This document shows positions 11,399 to 20,680 of a DNA stretch of 64,000 nt, piece after piece. The notes under the pieces are model-generated. The model was not told the origin of the DNA, did no database searches, and worked only from the letters and a program-made list of their open reading frames with translations. Source of the stretch: Abditibacteriaceae bacterium (lineage in GTDB: Bacteria; Armatimonadota; Abditibacteriia; Abditibacteriales; Abditibacteriaceae); NCBI GenBank assembly GCA_965277285.1, contig OZ255721.1:1280001-1344000 (forward strand), read 5' to 3'. Numbering within the stretch: the first letter of the stretch is position 1; the number at the start of each line of letters is the position of its first letter. A program made the translations under genes and the position numbers.

Positions 11399-11442
11399 GC
11401 AACAACGCGCTATCGAGTACTCGATAGCGCGTTGTTGCTTTT
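11399..11442 (+). terminator. Intrinsic terminator: perfect 40-bp palindrome centred on TCGAGTACTCGA plus T tract
   Basis: GCAACAACGCGCTATCGAGT|ACTCGATAGCGCGTTGTTGC then TTTT, about 30 bp after cpaB stop. Confidence 0.75.
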
Positions 11443-11520
11443 GATGGCACATTCCTATACTTGCGCCTTGTTACGAAACTACAAATCGTCTCATATAACG
11501 GTCACTGCATCAAATTGCCA

Positions 11521-11809
11521 GTTTGTCATTCTGAGCGCAGCGAAGAATCTATGTAACTCAAGTTGCTACCTAATCAGTGCCTGCGAGTGAACTCGCGGCT
11601 CGGTTGCCCTTTGGGCAGATGCTCCCGCCGCGGGTGCCCTTTGGGCGGATCGGCCTGCGCCGACGCAACATTGAAAGGACTTTGTCTCTGGCGTCAGCGC
11701 AGGCCGCCGCTGCCGCCGCAGGTGGTTGAGCCGCGAGTTCACTCGCCGGGCATGGTAGCAACTTGGGTTATATAAAGTTAGATTCTTCGCTGCGCTCAGA
11801 ATGACAAAC
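11521..11809. repeat. Family A palindrome (GTTTGTCATTCTGAGCGCAGCGAAGAATCT) enclosing family B copy 2 (11554-11770)
   Basis: 30-bp perfect IR arms at 11521-11550 and 11780-11809; family B element in the loop. Confidence 0.85.
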
Positions 11810-12015
11810 CTTCACCTTCCAACCATTTTCTCTACTTTACAAACTGATTCTCAAGCGCTTGGAACATCCGCGCGGAAGGACAAAACTTTCGTATCTTCAG
11901 CGATGCAACGGCAAAATGATATAATTGCGGCGTGCCATTGTCTCGTTCCTCCGGTTCTTCGCCCTCGTCGTCTCACAATTCCCAATCGAGTACTCGATCT
12001 TCGCGCGCAAGTGCG

Positions 12016-13602
12016 ATGACGCAGCCTTTGCGCGCCGCCGCACTGCTTTCAGTGATGTTGCTTTTAGCCCGCGTCGTCGGTTTAGTGCAAACGGTTGTAG
12101 TGGGAACCCTCATCCCACGCGGCGATAACGATGCTTACAAAGCGGCCTTCGGCCTCATCGAATTTGTCAATTACTTGGTTGCAGGCGGCGCGCTTTCAGT
12201 GACGTTTATCCCTCTTTTTACGTTGTTCAAAAACAACGATAATGAGCGCGACGCATGGCGCTTCTTCTCGGCCATTGCAAGCATAATGACATGTATTCTC
12301 GTTGTCATCATTACGCTGAGTTACCTACTGGCAACTCCTGTGGCACGCTGGTACTATTCCGGTTTCGATGAAGAACGCCTCGCCTTAACAGTCAAAATGA
12401 CGCGGATTTTGTTGCCCGCTCAGATCTTCTTTTACCTGGGCGGAATGATTGTCGGCGTCCTCAATGCGCATAAGAGATTTGGCGCGTCGAGCTTAACAGG
12501 TGTGGCTTACAATATCGTCGCGCTCATTACTGGCGTTGCGCTCTGGTTTCTGCTCGGACACAACTCGGTTGGTTTTGCATGGGGCATTTTGATCGGCGCT
12601 TTTTTCGGCAATTTCTTATTGCCCCTGGTAGCCGCACTGCGCGCGCCTTCTGCCGAACGCTTACGTTTTCGTTTTCTGCTTGATTTTCGTCAGCCTGGCG
12701 TTGCGAGATTTTTTCGCAACACTTTGCCAATTATGCTCGGCGTGTCGTTTCCCGTCATTGACCAATTCGTTTTGAAACACTTCGCTTCGTTCCTGCGCGA
12801 AGGCACAATAGCACAACTCGACAACGGCAATCGCGTGATGTTAGCGCCACTGGCGATTTTGGCGCAGGCCGCCAGTGTCGCGGCATTTCCGTATCTTGCG
12901 GGCGATAGCGCAACAAAACAATGGAGCAAATTCGCCGATTTCTTGCGCAGCGGTTTACGACGTTTACTGTTCATTTCATTGCCCGCTTCGACGTTGTTGA
13001 TTTTGTTGGCGCAACCGCTTATTATCATCGTCTTTCGGCATGGCGAGTACTCGATGTTCGATGCGCAGGAAACCGCTCTCGCTTTCGCATTTTATTGCGT
13101 CGGCTTATTTGCGTGGGCTGGCCAGCAGTTAGTGGCGCGCGGCCTTTACGCGCTGCAAGACACTGTAACTCCAACGCTCATCGGTAGTATTTTGACGATC
13201 TTTTTATACATTCCACTCTGCTGGCTGGCCGTGCGCTGGAACCGACATGAAGTTCTGGGCCTGGCGCTGGCAACCAGCGTTGGCGCCAGCGCGCATTTTT
13301 GCGGCGTCTTCATCGCGTTGGAACGAAAATTGGCGCAACGAGAATACGCGACATCGTTGCGCAGCGAACGCGTCCTGGGAACGTTATTGCGAACGCTCGC
13401 CGCCTGTTGCATTATGGGAATCGTCGGATTATTGGTTAAAAATTTCGCGGACGCGCATTTACCGCACAACCGCATCGGCGATATCGGACGTTTGTTTGTC
13501 ATCTCGACAGTTTCGGTCGCGGCGTTCATCTTCGCGGCGCAGCGATTTCAAATCCCAGAATGGGCGTGGCTCCAAGGCAAAATCCTGCGCCGCAAGCGTT
13601 GA
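12016..13602 (+). CDS. murJ: Lipid II flippase MurJ (MviN)
   Basis: LLARVVGL, DAYKAAF, GGALSVTFIP, many TMs, RGLYALQDTVTP, GLALATS. Confidence 0.9.
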   Translation: MTQPLRAAALLSVMLLLARVVGLVQTVVVGTLIPRGDNDAYKAAFGLIEFVNYLVAGGALSVTFIPLFTLFKNNDNERDAWRFFSAIASIMTCILVVIITLSYLLATPVARWYYSGFDEERLALTVKMTRILLPAQIFFYLGGMIVGVLNAHKRFGASSLTGVAYNIVALITGVALWFLLGHNSVGFAWGILIGAFFGNFLLPLVAALRAPSAERLRFRFLLDFRQPGVARFFRNTLPIMLGVSFPVIDQFVLKHFASFLREGTIAQLDNGNRVMLAPLAILAQAASVAAFPYLAGDSATKQWSKFADFLRSGLRRLLFISLPASTLLILLAQPLIIIVFRHGEYSMFDAQETALAFAFYCVGLFAWAGQQLVARGLYALQDTVTPTLIGSILTIFLYIPLCWLAVRWNRHEVLGLALATSVGASAHFCGVFIALERKLAQREYATSLRSERVLGTLLRTLAACCIMGIVGLLVKNFADAHLPHNRIGDIGRLFVISTVSVAAFIFAAQRFQIPEWAWLQGKILRRKR

Positions 13603-13624
13603 ATAAGAATCGACCTTTGTCAAC

Positions 13625-13691
13625 GAACCCCAAGCATAGGCGTGGGGCTGAATTAACTGTCACGTCAGCCCCGCGCTTACACTTGGGGTTC
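13625..13691. repeat. Family C REP-like palindrome (AACCCNAAGCGTNAGCG...CGCTNACGCTTNGGGTT)
   Basis: Imperfect IR; related copies at 14070, 26139, 34796, 36336, 45649, 58632, 59190. Confidence 0.75.
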
Positions 13692-13782
13692 TTTGACAAT
13701 GCCATCGAGTACTCGATGGCGCTTCAAACTCCGGCATCGGCTTTGCGACTGCTGGCTTTATTCCCAAACGGAGGCGAATATC

Positions 13783-14001
13783 ATGAGCGCAACAGATGAC
13801 AAGGCACGCGGCACCGCCAACGACGCGGTTGGTAACGTAAAACAGGCTGTCGGCAACGCGACCGGCGACGAAAACTTGAAGGCCGAAGGCGCCGCGCAAG
13901 AAACCAAAGGCGATGCGCAAAAAGCTATGGGCAACGTCAAAGACGCCGTTTCGGGTGCATTGAAAAACGCGGGCGACGCGATTAAAGGCTCCGGCAGCTA
14001 A
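13783..14001 (+). CDS. csbD: CsbD-like stress protein
   Basis: DKARG...GNVKQAVGNATGDENLKAEG...KGDAQKAMGNVKD; GGAGG RBS. Confidence 0.88.
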   Translation: MSATDDKARGTANDAVGNVKQAVGNATGDENLKAEGAAQETKGDAQKAMGNVKDAVSGALKNAGDAIKGSGS

Positions 14002-14015
14002 TCGTTTCAAAACGA

Positions 14016-14055
14016 CAAAAGAACCGCTGAAATCTCAATTTCAGCGGTTCTTTTG
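14016..14055. terminator. Bidirectional intrinsic terminator
   Basis: CAAAAGAACCGCTGAAAT-CTCA-ATTTCAGCGGTTCTTTTG between convergent genes. Confidence 0.75.
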
Positions 14056-14069
14056 CGTTCGAGTACTCG

Positions 14070-14160
14070 ATTAAAAGCCAACGAACCCAAAGCGTCAGCG
14101 AGGGAGCCACTTTCACGTTATAGCTCCCTCGCTGACGCTTCGGGTTCGTTGGCTTTTAAT
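14070..14160. repeat. Family C REP-like palindrome
   Basis: ATTAAAAGCCAACGAACCCAAAGCGTCAGCGAGGGAGC...GCTCCCTCGCTGACGCTTCGGGTTCGTTGGCTTTTAAT. Confidence 0.8.
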
Positions 14161-14597
14161 CAAAACTGCAAATCAATCACAGCTGAAACGCCAACGCCAG
14201 GCACGCGCTTCATGTCGGTGATGCTGCGCGTATTGACGGGAATCAAGACACGGCCTTGCACGTTATTGACAATCGGCAAATTAGCCGACAATTGCGCCAC
14301 GGCTTTGGTTTGATCAATGCCTTGCGGGGAACCGGAAATCTGCACGATGCCGACGGCTTTGCGCGTGCCCAGTGAAATCACCGGCACGACTTTGGTAGCG
14401 ATGCCTTCCTGCGCAAAGTTCTTTTGTCCCGTTACGCGGCGCAATACGCTGTCGATCTGCGGCCCAAACTTATCGGCGATCACAATCGCGCCGCCCGCTT
14501 TCAAAAGGGTGCCAAAAATATCTGCCGAAGCCGCGCCCGCGCCGAACGTCACCGCCAGAATCGCAATCGTCGTCGCTTTCTTCTTGTTCATTTTCAT
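14160..14597 (-). CDS. Conserved hypothetical exported protein
   Basis: Signal peptide (MKMNKKK...AASA); TKVVPVISLG...VGIVQISG pattern. Confidence 0.75.
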   Translation of the reverse strand: MKMNKKKATTIAILAVTFGAGAASADIFGTLLKAGGAIVIADKFGPQIDSVLRRVTGQKNFAQEGIATKVVPVISLGTRKAVGIVQISGSPQGIDQTKAVAQLSANLPIVNNVQGRVLIPVNTRSITDMKRVPGVGVSAVIDLQF

Positions 14598-14783
14598 CGT
14601 CGTTTTCTCCCAATCAAATTTGATAATCGCATCATAATCGTTGTCCCTTGAACAAAGTTCATCAAAGTTGCTCGCTGCGCCATCGAGTACTCGATTCAAC
14701 TTCCACAAAATTGAAAGTTCGATTGGCAATAAGTCGTGTTATATTATCAATATGTCGGATAAAATGGTTGTGGGAGTTTCAAC

Positions 14784-15299
14784 ATGAGACGAGATTTGGC
14801 GGTTATTTTCGGACTTTCTCTGGTGCTTGCGATGCCATCGTGGGCGCACAGTCATGGTGCGAGGCGCAAGTTGAGAACACGGGTTATTGTTCTTCCGTTG
14901 GTTACAGTTGGCGACGGCGAGAATCGCGCGAAAAGTGCGGCACAAGCTTTTGCCAGTGCTGCGCGACGCTACCCATTCGCCACGCAATTTAAGGTTAGAT
15001 GGTGGGGCGCGATGATGCCGACGTGGCGTTTTGCGGGCACAGCAGTTTATAATCGCGCGACGAAAACAATTCACGTTTATGAAGGACAGTCGCACGAGGC
15101 GGAAGTTTATCGTCGTTATTACATTTTTTCTAAGGTAGACGATACGAAGTTGCAGCCTTTAGCGGCCATGTATTTGGCTCGTCGAATGCAGCCGAACGAG
15201 GAACAAGGCCAAGGATTTTTCGACGACCTGGCGAAGCTGGGTTGCCCGAAAAGGACGGTTTCCAATTACGTAGTCGAATATTGGGAACGCGGTGCTTAG
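14784..15299 (+). CDS. Hypothetical secreted protein
   Basis: GGGAG RBS, signal peptide ending PSWA. Confidence 0.6.
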   Translation: MRRDLAVIFGLSLVLAMPSWAHSHGARRKLRTRVIVLPLVTVGDGENRAKSAAQAFASAARRYPFATQFKVRWWGAMMPTWRFAGTAVYNRATKTIHVYEGQSHEAEVYRRYYIFSKVDDTKLQPLAAMYLARRMQPNEEQGQGFFDDLAKLGCPKRTVSNYVVEYWERGA

Positions 15300-15534
15300 T
15301 CGCGGCGAATTGACCGCAGGCGCGGAAACTGATAAATTGCGTTGTGCAGCCATTCGCACCAAAGCGTTGTTTTCAAAGGTGGGGCGCGCTTTTCGAGTAC
15401 TCGATGATCGAGTTTGAATCGAGAACGGGCGTCGCGAAAGGGAAAATGCGTGGAGGAAACCTCGCGGTGGCGCGTGTCAACCTGAAGCGTTGATTGAGAA
15501 AATCGGCGTTTCTTCGCACGAAAAGGAGCACGCA

Positions 15535-16848
15535 ATGACATCATCTTCCGTCGAAAAATCTCTCGGCGCAAGCACACAAAACGGCCACAGCAATGGCCAA
15601 ACCGGAAGCGAATCGAGTACTCGATCTCGCTTGAAGGGATTGAAATGCCGCGAATGTGGCGCGCAATACGAACTGGCGCCCAAGCACGTTTGCGAGTTTT
15701 GCTTCGGGCCGCTCGAAGTCGAATACGACTACGAAGCGATTGCGCAAACTTTGTCGCGCGAATCCATCAAAAACGGGCCTTATTCGATCTGGCGTTATCA
15801 GGATTTGCTGCCGGTCGAAGGCACGCCGCGCGTCAACCTCGAAGCCGGTTTCACGCCTTTGGTGCGCGCCGAACGTTTGGGCAAAGCGCTCGGCATCAAA
15901 GAGCTTTACATCAAAAACGACACGGCGAACCCGACCTGGAGTTTCAAGGATCGCGTTGTTTCGGTCGCGCTGTCTCGCGCTGTCGAGTTCGGTTTCGATA
16001 CCGCCGCGTGCGCTTCGACTGGCAATCTGGCCAACAGCGTCGCCGCGCACGCCGCGCACGCCGGAATGAAATGTTACGTGTTCATTCCGAGCGATCTCGA
16101 AGCCGGCAAAATCATGAACTCGCTGGTTTATAAGCCGAATGTCGTCGCTGTCAAAGGCAACTACGACGAAGTGAATCGCCTGTGCAGCGAAATCGCCGAC
16201 CGCAATGCGAGTTGGGCGTTTGTCAACATCAACGTGCGACCTTTCTATAGCGAAGGCTCCAAGACTTTGGCGTATGAAGTCGCCGAACAATTGGGTTGGC
16301 GCGCGCCGGATCACGTCGTGATTCCGATTGCGTCAGGTTCGATGCTGACCAAGATTCACAAAGGCTTCAACGAGTTCAAAAAGCTGGGTATCATCGAAGA
16401 TAAGCCGGTTCGCATCAGCGGCGCGCAAGCCGAAGGTTGTAGTCCGGTCGCAACGGCGTTCGCCAGCGGAAGCGATTTTATCAAGCCGCAGAAACCGAGC
16501 ACAATTGCCAAAAGTCTCGCCATTGGCAATCCCGCCGATGGTTGGTACGCGCTTGACGTGATTACCAAAACTGGTGGAAATTGCGCCACGGTTTCCGACG
16601 ACGAAATCGTGGACGGCATTAAATTGCTGGCCGAAACCGAAGGCATTTTTACCGAAACCGCGGGCGGCGTCACCATCGGCGTACTCAAGAAGCTGGCCGA
16701 ACAAGGCAAAATCAAGCCCGACGAAGTGACGGTCGCTTACATCACCGGCATCGGCTTGAAAACGCAGGAAGCAATTGCCGGAAAAGTCGGCGAACCGTTC
16801 ACCATCGAGCCAAACCTGAAGTCGTTTGAAGATGTTGTCAGGAGTTGA
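15535..16848 (+). CDS. thrC: Threonine synthase-like PLP enzyme
   Basis: N-terminal CxxC..CxxC zinc ribbon, NPTWSFKDR PLP lysine, CASTGNLA, SLAIGNP; AAGGAG RBS. Confidence 0.88.
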   Translation: MTSSSVEKSLGASTQNGHSNGQTGSESSTRSRLKGLKCRECGAQYELAPKHVCEFCFGPLEVEYDYEAIAQTLSRESIKNGPYSIWRYQDLLPVEGTPRVNLEAGFTPLVRAERLGKALGIKELYIKNDTANPTWSFKDRVVSVALSRAVEFGFDTAACASTGNLANSVAAHAAHAGMKCYVFIPSDLEAGKIMNSLVYKPNVVAVKGNYDEVNRLCSEIADRNASWAFVNINVRPFYSEGSKTLAYEVAEQLGWRAPDHVVIPIASGSMLTKIHKGFNEFKKLGIIEDKPVRISGAQAEGCSPVATAFASGSDFIKPQKPSTIAKSLAIGNPADGWYALDVITKTGGNCATVSDDEIVDGIKLLAETEGIFTETAGGVTIGVLKKLAEQGKIKPDEVTVAYITGIGLKTQEAIAGKVGEPFTIEPNLKSFEDVVRS

Positions 16849-16853
16849 TCGCC

Positions 16854-17459
16854 ATGAACGTTGTCGTTCACGCACCTTTTCCATTTGACGTTTATCTGAA
16901 TGGACAGTCAGAAGTTCAGGCCGAGGGCACAACTCCGCGCGAAGTTCTTAAAGACTGGACTGCGCGGTATTTAAGAGACGAACACGCCTTTCGCGTTCTT
17001 AACGAAGAAGGACAAATCCGCGGATTTACGCAGATCTACGTTGGCGACAAAGTTTGTTTCTGTAAACTTCCTGGTAAGTTAGTCGATGAACTTGACCTAC
17101 CTCTTAAAGAAGGCGATGAGATTTTCGTTGCTCCCGCCATCTGTCATTTACTTTTACGACGTATCTTAGGAGAACCGATTATGTCCGTTTTAGTTCGTAT
17201 TCCCACGCCGTTGCAGAAATTGGTCGGCGACAAGTCCGAAGTGCAGGCCGAAGGTTCGACGTTGCGCGAAGTTGTGCAATCGCTCGCCGGTCAGAACGAA
17301 GAGTTCAAGACGCGCTTGCTGGACGATAGCGGCGAATTGCGCCGTTTCGTCAATGTTTACGTCAACGAGGAAGACGTGCGCTTTCTACAGAAACTCGACA
17401 CGCCTTTGAAAGACGGCGACGAAGTTTCGATTGTGCCCGCGATTGCGGGTGGAAAATAG
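16854..17459 (+). CDS. Tandem MoaD/ThiS ubiquitin-like sulfur carrier (degenerate first copy in frame with canonical second copy starting at 17181)
   Basis: Two homologous units (SEVQAEG.T.REV...LD.PLK.GDE); second ends PAIAGGK and has its own AGGAG RBS. Confidence 0.8.
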   Translation: MNVVVHAPFPFDVYLNGQSEVQAEGTTPREVLKDWTARYLRDEHAFRVLNEEGQIRGFTQIYVGDKVCFCKLPGKLVDELDLPLKEGDEIFVAPAICHLLLRRILGEPIMSVLVRIPTPLQKLVGDKSEVQAEGSTLREVVQSLAGQNEEFKTRLLDDSGELRRFVNVYVNEEDVRFLQKLDTPLKDGDEVSIVPAIAGGK

Positions 17460-17546
17460 GAGCCAGTGGAAAAGGATGAGAGACGAGAAACGACTTTCGA
17501 GTACTCGATTTCTCATCCCTTTCACCTTTCCTCTCACCCTTTTCTT

Positions 17547-17786
17547 ATGAAAGATCGTTTTCACCTGACGTTTCCCCGCGAGCAAGTCGCGGAACCTGTG
17601 GTTTGCAACGTCGCCAAAAAGTTCGATGTCGTCTTTTCGATTCGCCGCGCCAGCGTTGATGCGCAAGCCGGTTGGATGGATTTGCAATTGGAAGGCGACG
17701 AAGCCGAAGTCGAGCGCGCCGTGCAATATATTCAAAGCTGCGGCGTGCGCGTTGACCCGATTGAAGGCGACATCATCGCCGGTTAG
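17547..17786 (+). CDS. NIL domain protein
   Basis: FHLTFPRE...EPVV...FDVVFSIRRA...GWMDLQLEG pattern; commonly clustered with thrC-like and MoaD genes. Confidence 0.8.
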   Translation: MKDRFHLTFPREQVAEPVVCNVAKKFDVVFSIRRASVDAQAGWMDLQLEGDEAEVERAVQYIQSCGVRVDPIEGDIIAG

Positions 17787-17790
17787 TTTC

Positions 17791-17900
17791 GATGGTTACA
17801 CTAATTTCGTTCGCAAAAACGGCGCAAATAAACGCGAATTTCTTTTTGAAGAATAGCGTTCTTTCGCGCCGTTTTTGCGAATGAAATTAGTGTAACCATC
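17791..17900. repeat. Family F long inverted-repeat element
   Basis: GATGGTTACACTAATTTCGTTCGCAAAAACGGCGC ... GCGCCGTTTTTGCGAATGAAATTAGTGTAACCATC; related to 18754-18863. Confidence 0.75.
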
Positions 17901-17919
17901 ACGGAATCGAGTACTCGAT

Positions 17920-18756
17920 ATGAACTTTTCAGGAATCGCCGACGAAGCCGGACAAAGTTTGCAAACTCAAATTCGCGCGCACCGCGAACTGGGCTGGAAC
18001 TTCATCGAAGTGCGCAACGTGGACGGCGTACAGTTCACTGACATTTCTGACACAAAGTTCGATGAATGTTGCGCGCAATTGGAAGCCGCGAACCTCAAAG
18101 TTTCCTGTTTCGCGTCCGGCATTGCGAATTGGGCGACGAAAATTAGCGACGATTTTCATCTTTCGATTCACACGCTCGAACGCACCATCAAGCGGATGCA
18201 ACGCTTGAACACCAAGTTCATTCGCGTGATGAGTTATCCCAATGATGGTTTTTCGGATGACGATTGGCGCGATGAAGTTGTGCGTCGCTTCAAGGAAATG
18301 GGCGCGCGAGCGGAAGCGGCGAACGTTATTTTAGTCGTTGAAAACTGCGATGGTTGGGCCAGCACATCGCCGGAAAATTATGCGCGTTTCTTTGAATTAG
18401 TCAATTCGCCCAACATCCAAGCGGTTTATGACACGGGAAATCCCGCTTCGCACGGCGACATCAACACCTGGAACTGGTATCAAGCCGCGAAACCGCATCT
18501 CGCGTATTTGCACATCAAGGCGCATACAACGGGCGATAACGCGCAACATACGTGGCCGGATGTTGGCGAAAGTTTTGTCGAAGAAACGTTGCGCGATTTG
18601 TTCGCTGCCGGTTACGACGGCTTTGTCTCGATTGAGCCGCACTTGAAAGCCGTGGTTCATGAAGGCAAAACCATTTCAGACGCAGAAGCGGCATTTCAAA
18701 CGTATGTCGAATACGGGCAGCGCTTGATGCAATTGGTCGAAAAGATGAAGGCATGA
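17920..18756 (+). CDS. Sugar phosphate isomerase/epimerase (xylose isomerase-like TIM barrel)
   Basis: SGIADE, VVENC, YDTGN, HIK and SIEPH metal-binding motifs. Confidence 0.85.
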   Translation: MNFSGIADEAGQSLQTQIRAHRELGWNFIEVRNVDGVQFTDISDTKFDECCAQLEAANLKVSCFASGIANWATKISDDFHLSIHTLERTIKRMQRLNTKFIRVMSYPNDGFSDDDWRDEVVRRFKEMGARAEAANVILVVENCDGWASTSPENYARFFELVNSPNIQAVYDTGNPASHGDINTWNWYQAAKPHLAYLHIKAHTTGDNAQHTWPDVGESFVEETLRDLFAAGYDGFVSIEPHLKAVVHEGKTISDAEAAFQTYVEYGQRLMQLVEKMKA

Positions 18757-18863
18757 GAGTTACGCCAACACTGTTGTCTAAAACGGCGCAAAACAACGCG
18801 GCTTCCTTCAAAAACCATGTCGTTCTCGCGTTGTTTTGGCGAACGAAGTTGGCGTAACTCTCA
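18754..18863. repeat. Family F long inverted-repeat element
   Basis: TGAGAGTTACGCCAAC ... GTTGGCGTAACTCTCA. Confidence 0.75.
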
Positions 18864-18880
18864 CGAAATCGAGTACTCGA

Positions 18881-19933
18881 ATGGATACATTATTAATCAC
18901 CGGCGGAACGGGCTTTCTGGGTTGTCATATTGCGTCGCGCTATCTGCGTGAAGGCTGGAACGTGCGGCTTCTGGACGTTTTACCGCTGACTGAACCGGAA
19001 CTTTTGGACGCGCAAAAAGAAGGTCGCGTCGAAGTTGTGGAAGCCGATGTTGCCGATGCGCAAGCTGTCGAAAAAGCCAGCGAAAACGTGCGCACCATTG
19101 TTCATACCGCCGCCGCGTTACCGATTCAAGGTTCGCGCGACAAGATTATGGACACCAACGTCGGCGGCACCAAAAACGTTTTGGACGCGGCGAAAAAGCA
19201 CAACGTGCAGAAAGTCGTGCACATTTCGACGACGGCGGTTTATGGCGTGCCGAAGATTCATCCGCTTTATGAAACCTCGCCGATTGTGCCTTTGGGACTT
19301 TACGGAATCTCCAAAGTCGAAGCCGAGAAAGCCTGCGACCAAGCGCGCGAAAACGGCGTAGACGTCACGATTATTCGCCCGAAAACCTTCATCGGAACCG
19401 GACGTTTGGGCATTTTCCAGATTTTGTTTGAGTGGATTCGTGAAGGCCACAGAATTCCGATTATCGGAACCGGCAACAATAAATATCAATTGTTGGCAGT
19501 CGAAGATTTGGTGGACGCGATTTATCGTTCCACAACGCAGCCGAACCACAATGAAACGTTCAACATCGGCGCGAAGGAATATGGCGCAGTTCGCCAGGAT
19601 TTGGGCGCCTTGATTCGTCACGCGAAAAGTGGCGCGCGTCTGGCTCCGCAAGCGCCGTGGCTGGTGCAACCGATCCTTCGCATACTCGAATTGGCGAAAT
19701 TATCGCCTTTGGTCGAATGGCACTACAAAACGGCCAATCAGGATTCGTTCGTCGATTGCTCGCACGCCGAAGACGTTTTAGGCTGGCGCGCCGAAAAATC
19801 GAACGCGCAAACTCTCATCGAAACCTACGATTGGTACATGGAACATTATCAGGAATATCTCGATAAAGTGGGCCTGACGCATCGCGTCGCGTGGGATCAA
19901 GGCGCGCTGAAGTGGCTGCGCAAAGTGATGTAA
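18881..19933 (+). CDS. NAD-dependent epimerase/dehydratase (extended SDR)
   Basis: ITGGTGFLG, HTAA, STTAVYG, YGISK catalytic YxxxK. Confidence 0.9.
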   Translation: MDTLLITGGTGFLGCHIASRYLREGWNVRLLDVLPLTEPELLDAQKEGRVEVVEADVADAQAVEKASENVRTIVHTAAALPIQGSRDKIMDTNVGGTKNVLDAAKKHNVQKVVHISTTAVYGVPKIHPLYETSPIVPLGLYGISKVEAEKACDQARENGVDVTIIRPKTFIGTGRLGIFQILFEWIREGHRIPIIGTGNNKYQLLAVEDLVDAIYRSTTQPNHNETFNIGAKEYGAVRQDLGALIRHAKSGARLAPQAPWLVQPILRILELAKLSPLVEWHYKTANQDSFVDCSHAEDVLGWRAEKSNAQTLIETYDWYMEHYQEYLDKVGLTHRVAWDQGALKWLRKVM

Positions 19934-20027
19934 TTGTCTATTGATAAAGCAAAGCCCCTTAAATAAACTTGAACAACTTTGAGACGGAGCCATCGCCCGA
20001 CAAATTTTGAACCCTTGAGGTGCTTAT

Positions 20028-20606
20028 ATGAAAAAGATATTTTCCCCTGTCGTGGCCGCACTTGCTTTGGCTTCGCTTGTATCAACGCCGTCGCAAGCAC
20101 AGGCGCAAACGACGACGAGCGAGGAAATTTCAAATGTCGCTCAAAATGCCAGTGACATTGCCAGATGGAACGCTTATCTCGAAGCGCATCCGCAAACGTT
20201 TTCTTGGCGAGCGCACAACGAACTGCGCCATCTTTATTCGTTCACCGACACTGCGAAATCAATTCAGCAAGTCGACATCATTCTGGCGCATTCGTTTATG
20301 GACAGTTACATGTTGAACGTTCTAAGCGATTTTCAAATGGGCAAGGACAACGATGTGGCGGCTGTTGAGTTGTTGGACAAAGCGAATCGTTATGCGTCGT
20401 CACCCTTTTTGCGAGCCGCGTGCTTGCTCCAAGCTGCCGAGATTCGCCGCGCGCAGGGGCATTTTGCTGAAGCGCGAACACTGAATCAAAGCGCTGAAAT
20501 TTCCGCGCGCCAGGCGCGCGAAAGCCTTCAAAAAGCCGACCGCATCCGCTTGAAGAGTTACCAGAAACTGGCGCGTCTTCAATTGGACGCACTGCGTTTA
20601 TACTAA
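20028..20606 (+). CDS. Hypothetical secreted helical (TPR-like) protein
   Basis: GAGGTG RBS, signal peptide, helical C-terminus. Confidence 0.65.
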   Translation: MKKIFSPVVAALALASLVSTPSQAQAQTTTSEEISNVAQNASDIARWNAYLEAHPQTFSWRAHNELRHLYSFTDTAKSIQQVDIILAHSFMDSYMLNVLSDFQMGKDNDVAAVELLDKANRYASSPFLRAACLLQAAEIRRAQGHFAEARTLNQSAEISARQARESLQKADRIRLKSYQKLARLQLDALRLY

Positions 20607-20680
20607 CGACCGCGAAGCCAATCGCCTGAATGCTGTTTCACACGCTGCAAATCGAGTACTCGATGAGTTAGCAACTTGCT

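Noticed and set aside
15300..15534. SAM or T-box riboswitch upstream of thrC
   Set aside because: The leader is long and partly structured, but I could not match the SAM-I core or T-box consensus; an Rfam scan is needed.
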